A stretch of DNA of 52,522 nt from Verrucomicrobiaceae bacterium. Its GTDB lineage: Bacteria; Verrucomicrobiota; Verrucomicrobiia; Verrucomicrobiales; Verrucomicrobiaceae. Position 1 is the first letter of the stretch; each line of letters opens with the position of its first letter. This document shows, piece after piece, positions 28,721 through 39,500 of this stretch. Both the position numbers and the translations under genes were made by a program. Under the pieces are notes generated by a model. The model worked only from the letters and a program-made list of their open reading frames with translations, had not been told where the DNA came from and did not search any database. The DNA is taken from NCBI GenBank assembly GCA_031411715.1, contig JANOBP010000515.1, forward strand, positions 1 through 52,522, given 5' to 3'.

Positions 28721-28881
28721 TCTATCGAGCATTTCCTGTAACGCGCAGTCGAATCACGCACTGGCCCCAAGACTTCGCCGTCTGGAGCGTCATTCCTTCG
28801 CAAGTCTTTACATATTCTTGACTCGCCTTTTTTGGGGCGGGTCGTTAGGATTTGTGAATTCAATTCAACCAGCTTTCTCCT

Positions 28882-31800
28882 ATGCGTGTATTTTCATCAA
28901 TCCTCGCGCTGCTGCTGAGCACCGCTCATCTCCTGGCTCAAGCACCCGTGCCGCCCTTCCTAGTTCCGGCACCAGCGCCAGCGCCGACGCCTGCACCAGT
29001 CCCAGCAGCGCCGAAACCATTGCCGGAGCGTGAGCGCAAGGTTTACATCCCATTCGATGAACTCGAAAAAGTCTTCCAAGACGGCGGCAAGGGTGTCTTC
29101 CTGCCTTATCGCGAATTTCTCGATCTCTGGAATGAACTCACGCTCAAGCGCGAAACCGAGGACAAGCCGCCGCCAGCCGATGCCGTGCTCGCCAAGGCCG
29201 AGTACACCGGCCATGTCGAAGGTGACAGCGTTGTGCTCGATGCCAAGATCACTGCCGAGTCCTTCAAAAAAGGCTGGGCGCTGCTGCCACTCACGGAAAA
29301 GGCCGCGCCTGGCATTGGCGAGGCTTCCACGGGCAAAGCGGTGCTTCGTTCTCGCCCCGATGGCGCGGATTTGATGCTACCGGAGAAAGGCGTCTATGAA
29401 ATCACGCTCAAGATTTACGCGCCCATCATTCGCAGCGCTGGCAAAGCTCACGTCACGCTGAATCTTCCCCGTGCCGCCGTCTCGCGGCTCACGATGGCCA
29501 TTCCCGGTGAAGGCCTCGAGTTCGATCTGCAGCCCGCCGCCGCCTTCACGGCACAAGCTGCGGCAGGTAACACACAGTTCTCCTGTTTCTTCGGTGCTGG
29601 CACGCAGCAAACCATCTCATGGGGTGCCGCGCAGGCCGTCACGCAGATGAATGCGCTCGTCCTCGCGCAAACCAAGCTCAGCACACAAATCGGCGTCGGT
29701 TCCATCGCCACCAAGGCGGACATCGACTTCCGCATCCTCCGTGCGCCGGTTAATGAGTTGAAGATCGCGCTGCCAGCGGATCAAGAAATTCTCGGCGTCA
29801 CTGGCGCAGGCATTAAAGAGTGGAAAATCGACCCCGCAGTCACCGCAGGCCGTAAAACACTCATCGTGCTGCCTGAAAAGCCGCTTCGTGATGATTACTC
29901 ACTGAAGCTCGAACTCGAAGGCCCCGTGGCCAAATTACCCGCTGAGGTCAGCGTGCCGGAAATCGAGATCGTCGGTGCCGCGCAGGTCAATGGCACCGCC
30001 AGCATCGCCGCGGAAGCGCAGCTCGATGTCACGCCAAAAACCCTCACCTCCACCGCACGCTCACTCGCGGGCGATAGCCGCTCTCAAGTCGGCACCTTCC
30101 GCATTTTGCGCCAGCCCTACAAGCTCACGCTCGATGTCGCCGAAGCCAAACCGCAGGTCGAAGCCACCAGCCTGACCAAACTCACTCTGCGACGCGATGT
30201 GGCGACACTCACCGCCGATTTCAATTTCACCGTGCGCCGCGTCGGCATCTTCGAGACACGCCTCACGCCACCCGCAGGTTGGACCATCACCGACGTGAAA
30301 GGCCAGATCGACTCCTGGAGCCTCGAGGGCACGGATGTCGTCATCAAGCTGCCCAAACAAACCGCCGGCGATTTCAAATTCACGCTCACCGCACGTCAGC
30401 CGCGCCCGACGGCCACCGCAGATGTCACGATGCCCGTTTTCACACCGCAAAACGTCACACGGCATGAAGCACTCGTCGGTGCCACGATTCATTCCAGTTT
30501 GGAACCCAACACCAAAGAACTCGGCGACTTCCAGCAGGAAGACGTCAGCACCGTGCAGCTCCAAAGTGAGGCCAACGCCACCGAACTCGCCTTCCGCTAT
30601 CGCGATGCCGCCAAGCCTGCCGTCTTGAGCCTCAAGAGCCGCAACAGCCAAGTCAGCGTCGAAGTGCTCACACTGGTCGAAGTAAAAGAACAAGCCACCA
30701 AGCACACCTGGACGCTCGCCTTTGATGTCGCTTATGCCGCCACGGATCGCTTCGTGCTCGCTGTGCCGAAAACCATCTCCGCAGAAGTGCGTTTCGTCGA
30801 TCCGCAGGTCAAAGAGATCAACAAAGACCACAAGCCCGCCACCGCCGTCGTTCTGCCGGATGCCGTCAATTACGCACTGTGGGAAGTCGTGCTGAGAAGC
30901 GAGCGCCAAGGTGCCTTTGTCCTCAGTGCCAGCTTGGAGCGCCCTGTAGCCATTGAGGCTGGAAAAACCGGTCAAGTCGAGCTGCTGCATGTCCATGTGC
31001 CCGGCGCGTTTCAAGAAACCGGCCAGGTCGCCGTCGTGAAAGCCGACAGCCTCGAAATCCGCAAGTCAGAGCCCGAAACACTCGAAGAAATCGACGCGCG
31101 TGAATTGCGCCGCGAGTTGCAGCGTCCTGGCGTCTTCCTCGCATACAAGTACCGCTCACTTCCGATCAAGCTCGGCGTCGAGCTGGCCAAAAACAGCTTC
31201 ATCCAGGTCCCACGCGCCATCATCACGCACGCCGATCTCACCACCGCGGTTTCCACCGATGATGCGCAGGTCACGGAGGTGATCTATTGGGTCAAAAACA
31301 ACGACCAGCAGTTCCTCGTCGTGCGTTTGCCGAAAGGCGGCAAGCTTAACTCCGACGTCTTCGTCAATCGTGACCCGCAGCAGCCCATGCGCCGCGAAGG
31401 CAGTGACGATTTGCTCGTGCGCCTTCCATCTGGCGATGCCGCACGCACCGCCTTCCCCGTGCGCTTCGTCTTTGAAGTGCCTAGCGCTCACGCTGGTGAA
31501 AAATTCGGCCTTTGGGGCAGTTTTGCCATCCACACGCCACAGGCAGACGAAGTCGGCATCATGGAGACGCGGCATCGCCTCTACCTACCAGAGGCTTGGC
31601 ACTACACGCGCTATGACGGCCCCTTCACAACCGAGTCCACCGACCGTTCCTGGCGTCACATCCGCACAGCGGTGAATTACCTGCTGCCATCTTTCGGCCC
31701 GCAGATCGACCCCAACGAGCAATTCACCACCAACGAGCCACCACAGGTCCAGCAGGACGTGCGTAGCCTCTATGGCTTCAATGTTTCACAAACCGGTCAT

Positions 31801-32256
31801 CTCGAAACCCTCCACCGCCTCGGCCCGCCTGCGCCGACGGATGTCACCTATCGCGGCAAGAAGCTCACCTTCTTCTACCAAGCCGCTGCCTTCTTGATCA
31901 CGCTGCTGCTCGGCCTGCGTTGCTGGCAGCGCGGTGCGCGTGAAAAGCTGCTCTACCTCGCGCTCGTCGGCCTTGGCTCCATGCTGCTCACCGGCCTGCT
32001 CAGCGCCGCCAATGTGCCCATCGCGCAGTCCATCATGCTCGGCGTCGGTTTGAGCCTCGGCGCGTGGTTCGCGCTCGGCTTCCTCAGCCTTGGCAAAGCC
32101 TTCGCCAAGCGCAAACCCGCGCTTCCACCACCACCGCCGCCCACCCCAGAGCCACCTGCGCCGCCACCGCCGTCCACACGCGGTAAAAAATCCGCCCCTC
32201 CGCCAACACCCACCGTTCCCGAGATTCCCGCCGAAGAAACCCAACCGGAGAAGTGA
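28882..32256 (+). CDS. Giant exported, membrane-anchored beta-rich protein A of a three-paralog operon (function unknown)
   Basis: Signal peptide MRVFSSILALLLSTAHLLA; Pro-rich linker; about 950 aa beta-rich body; three C-terminal hydrophobic helices and a Pro-rich tail; shares motifs with the next two genes. Confidence 0.9.
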   Translation: MRVFSSILALLLSTAHLLAQAPVPPFLVPAPAPAPTPAPVPAAPKPLPERERKVYIPFDELEKVFQDGGKGVFLPYREFLDLWNELTLKRETEDKPPPADAVLAKAEYTGHVEGDSVVLDAKITAESFKKGWALLPLTEKAAPGIGEASTGKAVLRSRPDGADLMLPEKGVYEITLKIYAPIIRSAGKAHVTLNLPRAAVSRLTMAIPGEGLEFDLQPAAAFTAQAAAGNTQFSCFFGAGTQQTISWGAAQAVTQMNALVLAQTKLSTQIGVGSIATKADIDFRILRAPVNELKIALPADQEILGVTGAGIKEWKIDPAVTAGRKTLIVLPEKPLRDDYSLKLELEGPVAKLPAEVSVPEIEIVGAAQVNGTASIAAEAQLDVTPKTLTSTARSLAGDSRSQVGTFRILRQPYKLTLDVAEAKPQVEATSLTKLTLRRDVATLTADFNFTVRRVGIFETRLTPPAGWTITDVKGQIDSWSLEGTDVVIKLPKQTAGDFKFTLTARQPRPTATADVTMPVFTPQNVTRHEALVGATIHSSLEPNTKELGDFQQEDVSTVQLQSEANATELAFRYRDAAKPAVLSLKSRNSQVSVEVLTLVEVKEQATKHTWTLAFDVAYAATDRFVLAVPKTISAEVRFVDPQVKEINKDHKPATAVVLPDAVNYALWEVVLRSERQGAFVLSASLERPVAIEAGKTGQVELLHVHVPGAFQETGQVAVVKADSLEIRKSEPETLEEIDARELRRELQRPGVFLAYKYRSLPIKLGVELAKNSFIQVPRAIITHADLTTAVSTDDAQVTEVIYWVKNNDQQFLVVRLPKGGKLNSDVFVNRDPQQPMRREGSDDLLVRLPSGDAARTAFPVRFVFEVPSAHAGEKFGLWGSFAIHTPQADEVGIMETRHRLYLPEAWHYTRYDGPFTTESTDRSWRHIRTAVNYLLPSFGPQIDPNEQFTTNEPPQVQQDVRSLYGFNVSQTGHLETLHRLGPPAPTDVTYRGKKLTFFYQAAAFLITLLLGLRCWQRGAREKLLYLALVGLGSMLLTGLLSAANVPIAQSIMLGVGLSLGAWFALGFLSLGKAFAKRKPALPPPPPPTPEPPAPPPPSTRGKKSAPPPTPTVPEIPAEETQPEK

Positions 32257-32257
32257 G

Positions 32258-35200
32258 ATGAAACCGCCTCCCATGGAGAGCCGACGACTCGTCGGCATAT
32301 CCCACCTCAACATGGCATGTCGGCGCATTGCCGCCGCATTCGTCATTCTACATTCGTCATTCGTCATTGCCGCTGACGCACCGGCAAATCCCACGCGCAC
32401 TGAACTCTGGGTCCCCACCAAGCAGCTCGACCTCATCCTCCAAAAACACCCGAAGGCCGTGCTGCTCAACCGTCAGCAATACGAGACACTCATCCGCGAC
32501 GCCGCGAAGACCAAGCCCGTCGAGGATCCCAAGCTCGCCGCGCCGAAAGAACTCATCATCGAGGGCCTCAAACTCCGTGGCAAAGCAGCGCCGGGTGCCA
32601 CCAGCATCACACTCACCGGCGAGCTCACGCTCAACGTGCCTGCGGATTCCTGGAGCCAAAAAGTGATCGAGTGGCCATTCCATCTCGACATCTCGGAGGT
32701 CACCAGCGACGGCACCATCCTCGCGTGGCTCACCAATGAAGTGTTCACTGCTTCAAACATCCCTGCAGAGACCATGCGCCGCCTGAACATCGCTGCGCGC
32801 GGCCCGGGCCGCCGTGTGCTGCGCTTCACCAGCATTTTGCCGCTCTACTACCGACTGCGCAGTGGCGAGCGCGGCCTGGATCTCCAATACACCGGCTGCG
32901 GTGGCCAGATCGAGCTGGAGCTCCCGCCTGGAGCCGCGCTCCTGCCCGGCTCCGCCGCCACGCATGAAGGCCAGCGTGTCACCGCCGCCTTTGACCACCG
33001 CTTCATCCGCCGCAGCGACAATGGAGACCCTCTCACCTCTATCCCACCTGATAAACGCACCTCGGGCTCCGTGCTCATGGACGCCTGCCGCATTCGCTGG
33101 ATCGAATCCCCCGGCACACTGCCACAGGATGCGCTGCGCTTTGAAAACAGCGGCAGCGCACGCTTCAGCATCTCCGACTCCTCGGTCTTCACGCATTTGC
33201 AATTTCTGACCCACGTCCGCCAGAGCACCACAGGTCAGTATGAAGCCATCTGGCCCATCCTAGGCACAGACAACACTCAAGTCACCGATGTCACGGGTCC
33301 TGATGTGCTCAAGTGGGAGCAGCATGGCCAAAAACTCCACGTCACCTTGCAGCAGTCATCCTCACTCGCCCCCGTGGATGTGCAGATGAGTCAAAGCCTC
33401 ACGCTCGATGCCGCATCCAGCGTCACGCTGCCCTCGCTCAGCGTTCCGGTGCTGCTTCCAGCATCCTACACCATCGGCGAAGGCCTCGACATCCTCTCCC
33501 TCGACACCACCAACGACAACTTCATCCGCCTCGACCGCGAGCCACCTCAACTCAAGCTCCGCATCGCCAAGCCACGCATCGAGACCGATGTCGATGTCCT
33601 CGCGCGCATCGACAAAGACAGTGTGCAGATCGAGCGCAAGCTGATGCTACGCAGTGATCGCCCCGCCACCGAGCTCAAGATCACCTTGCCTGCTGGTGAG
33701 GAGTTCATTGCCATTTTGTCGAAGCCGGTGGGTTCTGAGCAACAGATGACCACCTCCAACGCGGTGACTTTGACGCCCAACACTGCCGCCGTGGTCACAC
33801 CGAACAACATCAGCCAGCCCATCTTCTCCGACCGAGTGATCACCTCGAATGTCGTCAACAATGCCACAGGCAGCGCATCACCCTTCCGCCTCACATGGCG
33901 TCGCGTCGGCCAGACGATCTCGATTCTGCCCTCGCAGCCGATTTCACCTGCCAACTCGCTCGAATTCAGCATCACCTCGCGCCTGAAGCTCGCCAAGGCT
34001 TGGAATGGCCCGCGCAATCCAGAAACCGTCACCATTCGTCATCTCGACATCCCGGACGCGGTCAAAGTCGCTGGCTACACCGCGCTCGACTTCGATGATG
34101 CCTGGCGCGTCGCTTTGAAAGCCACCACCGGCTTGGAAGACCGCGATGCACGCCTCACTCCGGTGAAGGGCCGCATGGCGTGGTTTGGCCTGCGGGAGCA
34201 TGGGCTGAGTTTTGAAGTCGAGCGCGCTGAGGCTGTCTTCTCGACCGAAGTCATCGCGTATGCCTTGCCACGCGCCCGCACCATCGAGATCGAAGGTCAG
34301 TTCGCGCTCGACATCAGCGGCGCACCGCTGCGCAGCTTTCAGGTCAAGCTGCCCATCGATGCGGCCAAACTCCTCCGCGTGACTTCACCACTCATTGGCG
34401 AGCAGCAACTCGATGAAAAAACCGGCATCTGGACCCTCACGCTCCGCCAGGAAAGCAAAGGCCACCAAAACATCCGCTTCCGCCTCAGCCTGCCTGCTTC
34501 ATCCAACAGCACGCCGGCCACCGACACACCGACCACCGTCGCACCGATCACTGCCACCCTCCCACGCATCGAGTTGCCTCAATCCCGCCGCTTCGCCGGC
34601 ACCTGGGTCATCGAGGCCAACACCGACACGCAGCTCAGCACGCAGGCGCAGTCCATGCAGCCGCTGGATGTCCTGCGCGCACCCGCCATGGCCGACTACC
34701 AGCCACGCCACCGCATTACCAGCGCCTTCACATATGGAGCCACTGAGCACGCCCTCACCATCACCGCGCGCCGCCACGCCCATAGCGAGCTCGCCGCGCT
34801 CGTCGTCACGCAGATGCAACTCCGCAGCGTCCTCGATGCCGACGGCCACAGCCTCCACGAGGCCCACCTCACGCTCACCCATTCCGGCGAGCAATTCATC
34901 GCCCTCACCCTCCCACCCGCCGCCGAGTTGCTCAGCACCCTCGCCAATCACCAGGCCGTGAAACCCGTTCGTAGCGTCGGCGACGCCATCGCCATCCCGC
35001 TCCCCGCCGGCAGCGCCAACGAGCCAGACACCACCGTCACCATCCAGTATCGCCTCACCACCGCACCTTGGAACTCGCACGGAGAACTCGCCCTCACGCC
35101 CATCACCCTCGCCCCCAACATCCCCATCCTCACCACCGACTGGCAAGTCCACACCCCACCCAAATTCGGCTATGACAAGGTCAAGACCACGCTGGAGCAG

Positions 35201-36535
35201 GATTTTAACTTCCCAGTTCCTGGATTTATGGAACTCGATAAATTTTGGGAAATTAAAGACTGGATTCACAGCATCAAAACCAGTGGGGCAGCAGATCCAG
35301 CAAATCCTGAGTTTGCCCCCGATGAAGCGCGCCACCTCTTGGCCTACGAACAGCGGCGCACCAAGATGCTGGCTCAAGTGGATGAGCAGTGGGAGGAAAA
35401 AGCCCCGACCAATGTCACTCAGGCAGCTCCAGCGTCCACTTCCAGCCGCAGTGCCGGAGCCTATATCACCGAGAAGATGGACAAGATCATCTTCCCAACG
35501 GTGTTGTTCCAAAACGCCACCGTTGATGAGGCGATCGAATTCATCCGCATTAAATCGAAGGATCTAGACACCTCCGAATCAGATCCAACTCGCAAAGGCA
35601 TTAGTGTCATTCTTCGCTCTGGCGACGCTCCGGCCTCAGCCAAGATTTCACTCGATCTAAAAGACGTTCCAATGAGCGAAGCACTCCGCTACATCTGCGA
35701 CCTCGCGCAAATGAAGTACAAGGTGGAGTCATATGCCGTGGTCATCTCTCCAATCACTGAAAACAACAACGAGATGTTCACGCGCAGCTACAAAATGGCG
35801 CCAGATGCCCTGGCCAGATTGGCGGAAGACAAAGACAGCGGTGTAGCGGCAGTGGACCCATTTGCATCAAAATTACCAGTTTCAGGCGATGCTAAAAAGA
35901 AAGCCCAGCCCTCCGCTCGCGACCTTTTGATCGAACAAGGCATCTCTTTCCCCGAAGGAGCCACCGCCTCTTACGATGCGGCCACTTCAACCATCGTCGT
36001 GCGCAACACGGCTGCAAATTTAGACCTGACGGAATCCCTGGTGGAAGAAGGTGATAAGAAGGCTTTCAAAAAGAGCACTTCAAAATCCAAAGGCGGTCGT
36101 CTCTACGCATCCGACGATGAAATGCTCTTCGACGACCTAGCCGCCAAATCCGGCCTCATCCCGCTGGATGTCACCATGCCGGTAACAGGCCGCATGCTGC
36201 GCTTTCATGGGCATCAGGCACCGGAGCCGTTGGTGCTGCAATATCGCTCATGGGAGCATCAGATGGCCTGGGCGGTGCTGGCGATGCTGGTGGGCATGCT
36301 GGCCTTTGCTCGCTTCGCGTGGCGACGACCTTGGGTCATGACGCTGCTTGTGCTGGTCCTTGCCGCGTGGGGTTTCCCGCTTGTTTTCGAAGGACAAGCC
36401 CTCGCCTACCTCAACGCCGCCACCTTTGGCTGGCTTTGCGCCCTCACCCTGTGCGTGCTGCTCAGCGTGATGCGCTACGGCACCTCTCTCCGCCAAAAAT
36501 ACGCACCCTCAACGATGCAGGAGGCAACGGCATGA
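32258..36535 (+). CDS. Giant exported, membrane-anchored protein B of the operon, with embedded secretin N-terminal (STN/N-domain-like) region
   Basis: ATG 1 nt after the A stop (alternative ATG 32312); signal-like RRIAAAFVILHSSFVIA; insert KMDKIIFPTVLFQNATVDEAIEFIR...ISLDLKDVPMSEALRYI...GISFPEGATASY..STIVVRNTAANLDL; three C-terminal TM helices. Confidence 0.88.
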   Translation: MKPPPMESRRLVGISHLNMACRRIAAAFVILHSSFVIAADAPANPTRTELWVPTKQLDLILQKHPKAVLLNRQQYETLIRDAAKTKPVEDPKLAAPKELIIEGLKLRGKAAPGATSITLTGELTLNVPADSWSQKVIEWPFHLDISEVTSDGTILAWLTNEVFTASNIPAETMRRLNIAARGPGRRVLRFTSILPLYYRLRSGERGLDLQYTGCGGQIELELPPGAALLPGSAATHEGQRVTAAFDHRFIRRSDNGDPLTSIPPDKRTSGSVLMDACRIRWIESPGTLPQDALRFENSGSARFSISDSSVFTHLQFLTHVRQSTTGQYEAIWPILGTDNTQVTDVTGPDVLKWEQHGQKLHVTLQQSSSLAPVDVQMSQSLTLDAASSVTLPSLSVPVLLPASYTIGEGLDILSLDTTNDNFIRLDREPPQLKLRIAKPRIETDVDVLARIDKDSVQIERKLMLRSDRPATELKITLPAGEEFIAILSKPVGSEQQMTTSNAVTLTPNTAAVVTPNNISQPIFSDRVITSNVVNNATGSASPFRLTWRRVGQTISILPSQPISPANSLEFSITSRLKLAKAWNGPRNPETVTIRHLDIPDAVKVAGYTALDFDDAWRVALKATTGLEDRDARLTPVKGRMAWFGLREHGLSFEVERAEAVFSTEVIAYALPRARTIEIEGQFALDISGAPLRSFQVKLPIDAAKLLRVTSPLIGEQQLDEKTGIWTLTLRQESKGHQNIRFRLSLPASSNSTPATDTPTTVAPITATLPRIELPQSRRFAGTWVIEANTDTQLSTQAQSMQPLDVLRAPAMADYQPRHRITSAFTYGATEHALTITARRHAHSELAALVVTQMQLRSVLDADGHSLHEAHLTLTHSGEQFIALTLPPAAELLSTLANHQAVKPVRSVGDAIAIPLPAGSANEPDTTVTIQYRLTTAPWNSHGELALTPITLAPNIPILTTDWQVHTPPKFGYDKVKTTLEQDFNFPVPGFMELDKFWEIKDWIHSIKTSGAADPANPEFAPDEARHLLAYEQRRTKMLAQVDEQWEEKAPTNVTQAAPASTSSRSAGAYITEKMDKIIFPTVLFQNATVDEAIEFIRIKSKDLDTSESDPTRKGISVILRSGDAPASAKISLDLKDVPMSEALRYICDLAQMKYKVESYAVVISPITENNNEMFTRSYKMAPDALARLAEDKDSGVAAVDPFASKLPVSGDAKKKAQPSARDLLIEQGISFPEGATASYDAATSTIVVRNTAANLDLTESLVEEGDKKAFKKSTSKSKGGRLYASDDEMLFDDLAAKSGLIPLDVTMPVTGRMLRFHGHQAPEPLVLQYRSWEHQMAWAVLAMLVGMLAFARFAWRRPWVMTLLVLVLAAWGFPLVFEGQALAYLNAATFGWLCALTLCVLLSVMRYGTSLRQKYAPSTMQEATA
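32280..32296. repeat. Perfect palindrome at the A/B junction
   Basis: GCCGACGA-C-TCGTCGGC. Confidence 0.7.
32337..32368 (+). repeat. CATTCGT heptamer tandem repeat encoding the signal peptide core of protein B
   Basis: CATTCGT CATTCTA CATTCGT CATTCGT CATT. Confidence 0.85.
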
Positions 36536-39500
36536 ACCCAAATCCTTCTCTTCCTCCCTTTGCACGTCTCACCGCTCTCGTTTCAAGGAGTAGGAGTCTG
36601 ATTGCAGCGGCATTCGTCATTCTGAATTCGTCATTCGTCATGGCACAGCAGCAGCCCGATCCCGCCGCGCACACCGTCATCATTCCCTACACCGGCTCTC
36701 CGCTACACCAGACGCCCACACGCTTCTATCTCGGCTACGATGAATTCCAGCGCCTCTGGTCGCTGGCCAAAGAGAACCGCAAACCTGCCGTTACCAAGGC
36801 CGAGGATACCGCGCTGGTTATTCATCAGTCGCTTTACGATGCAACCATCGAGGAGCGTGGTCTCGTCATCAACGCACGCATCACCGCCGTCACGCGTGGG
36901 CATTGGAGCAAGCTCGCGCTGCCCTTCATCCGTATTGAGAACGGCAAGGATCGCGACGGCGCGCTCGTCGGCGAGGTCAATGTGAATGGCAAAGCCGCTG
37001 CGCTGACGGATGGCTACATCACCTTGGAAAATCCTGGCACGCACAGCATCGCCCTCACGGCCACGTTGCCACTGCCACCCAGTTGGACTTCGCTGAAGCT
37101 CCGCCTTCCTTCAGCCATGGCCGGTGTGTTGGCTCTGCATACACCGAAGTCGGACGGCTGGCCACGCATCAACGACACCGCCGCTCTCACCGTCGAAGAA
37201 AAACCCGACGCACGCCTCTTCACCCACGCGCTGGGACTTCACAGTGAGCTGCAGCTCACGCGCACCACGCGCGGCCTTGATCGCGGCGAAGGCCCCGTGC
37301 CCGCCGCACGCGTGGAGGCCACGTTGAGCCTGCAAGACATGCAGTTGCCCACTTTGGACGCCACGCTGCACTACGACTTCCCTGGAGCCACCCGCCGCAC
37401 GCTGAGCTTCAGCATTGATCCCGAGCAGGTTAATCTCGACTTCATCAAGGTGACTTCAGGCGACAAGCATGTGCCGATGGATCGCATCGAAACTGAGCTC
37501 GAGCCCAAACGCGTCGTCTTCAAGCTGCACCTCCGCCACGAGATCAGCGGCAGCGCCCGCATTGAGCTATCCGGGTTCGGAATTTCGCTCGGAGTCCCGC
37601 TAGGAGTCCCGCCTTCAGGCGGTAGAGCTCCCGCAGGCACTCAGGCCACCGCACCAGCTAACAATGCCTCTCCGGCTAAAGCCGGTACTCCGAACGGTAC
37701 CCCGAGCACCTTCCGCGCACCTTTGCCCGAAGCCGTGCGCATCACCCAAAAGCTCACGCTTCAGCATGACGCCGCCACGCAGCTCACACCGCAGCCGGAT
37801 GCCAATCAACAGCGCATCGCCGCCGATGCGCTCACCTTCCAGAGCAATGGCACGGCTCCGCTGCGATTCCTCATCAAAGCCACGCCTCAATTTGAAAGCG
37901 CCGATGCCAACTACGTCTTCCAGTTGAGCGAGCAAAAGGCCGAACTCCTCGCCGCGCTCGCGCTCAAACGTAAACGCGGCCTGTGGACGCGTGCGGAGAT
38001 CGGTTTGCCGGATGGATACGATGTGCAGATCGTGCAAGGCCCTGCCGTCATCGCCTGGCAGCATGAGGGCCGCAGTGTGTATGTGCATTTCAATCCGCAG
38101 ATCGCCGGGCAGGAGGCGCGCATCGTCGTCCACCTCGTGCGCACTCTCGCGCAGCCCGCCACCACGTGGCAGCTCACGCCACTCACGCTCAGCGGCTATG
38201 AAAAACTCACCGGCCGCGCTCTCATCGTCGCGCATGCCGCCACGGACGTGAAACTGCCCGACTTTGCTCAGCGTAGCGACATCAAGGAACTCGATGCCAC
38301 CGCTCTCGACAGCGTCTTCGCCATCGCACCGCCATTGGAGAAAAAACGCGCGCTCAAGCTCGAAGGCGGCACCTGGAGCACACAGGTCACGCTCGCACGC
38401 CAGCCCGCGCGCTTTGCCGCGGATGCCATCGCGCTCGTGCTCGCCTCTGATGCTGGCATCCGCCTCTCACAGCAGCTTGCCATCCATGTCGAGCAGGGCG
38501 CGCTGCGTCAGATCAGCCTGCGCCTGCCCGCAGCATTGCCTGAGGCCGTCGTCACCGGTCCGCTGCTGCGTGAGATGCGCACCCGCATCGAAAACAACGA
38601 GCGCATCTACGACTGCTCCTTCCAAACCGACGTGCTCGACCAAGCCGCGCTCACCTTTGATCTCGATCTGCCCATCAGCGCCACGCTCGACGTGCCCTTC
38701 GTCAAACTTCCCGATGCAGGCCGCCTCACACGCTGGTTCGTGCTCGACAATGCTTCCGCCCGCGAGGCCACCATCACCACGCAGACCGCATTGGAGGCCG
38801 TCACGCGCGATGCGCTGCCGTATTTGCCCGCAGGCCTCTCCAGACCTCAATTCTTCCGCGCCACCCAAGACGGCACGCTCACGCTCGCCTACCAGCAACT
38901 CACCAGCACGGAAGGAAACGCTGCACTCATCACCCTCGCCGATCTCACCACCATCCTCCGCGCCGATGGCCAGCGCTGGGACATCGCGCAGTATTCGCTT
39001 ATCAACCGCTCACTTCAGTTCCTGCCCGTCATTTTACCACAAGGAGCCGAACTCATCACCGTCAGCGTCTCCGGCCAGCCCGTGCGTGCGGATGAAGAAA
39101 CACAAAACGGCAAGCGCACACGCCTGATCCCGCTCATCCACACCAAACCCGGCCAGCGGGCACTTGAAGTGAAGTTGATCTATCGTTTTGCCAAATCCGA
39201 CCTCAACAATTCCAAGCTCGACGATCCCGAGCTTCCTGGACTCAGCGTCGAGCGCACCACCTGGACCGTCTGGACCCCCAACGGCCACCAACTCGCTAAC
39301 CACGACGGCAACATGGAAGAAGTCGGCAAAGAAGGCCGCGAGCTCCAACAACTCGAAGGCATGCTCAGCGAACTCGGCGAAGCCAACCGCACCCTCGCCC
39401 GCGGCGACCTCGACGGCGACAGCGCGAAGCAAGCCTATGATCAAGCGAAGGAACTCACGCAGAAAGTGCGCGACAAAAAGCAGGAGACCCTCTCCAGCAT

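Noticed and set aside
28818-28851. TTGACT...TAGGAT as a promoter for the giant operon
   Set aside because: Spacer is 22 nt, too long for sigma70; only a weak hairpin is present.
32090-32257. Track start of gene B at 32090 (and of gene C at 36250)
   Set aside because: These extensions overlap the upstream genes out of frame; coupled starts at 32258/32312 and 36532 give signal peptides.
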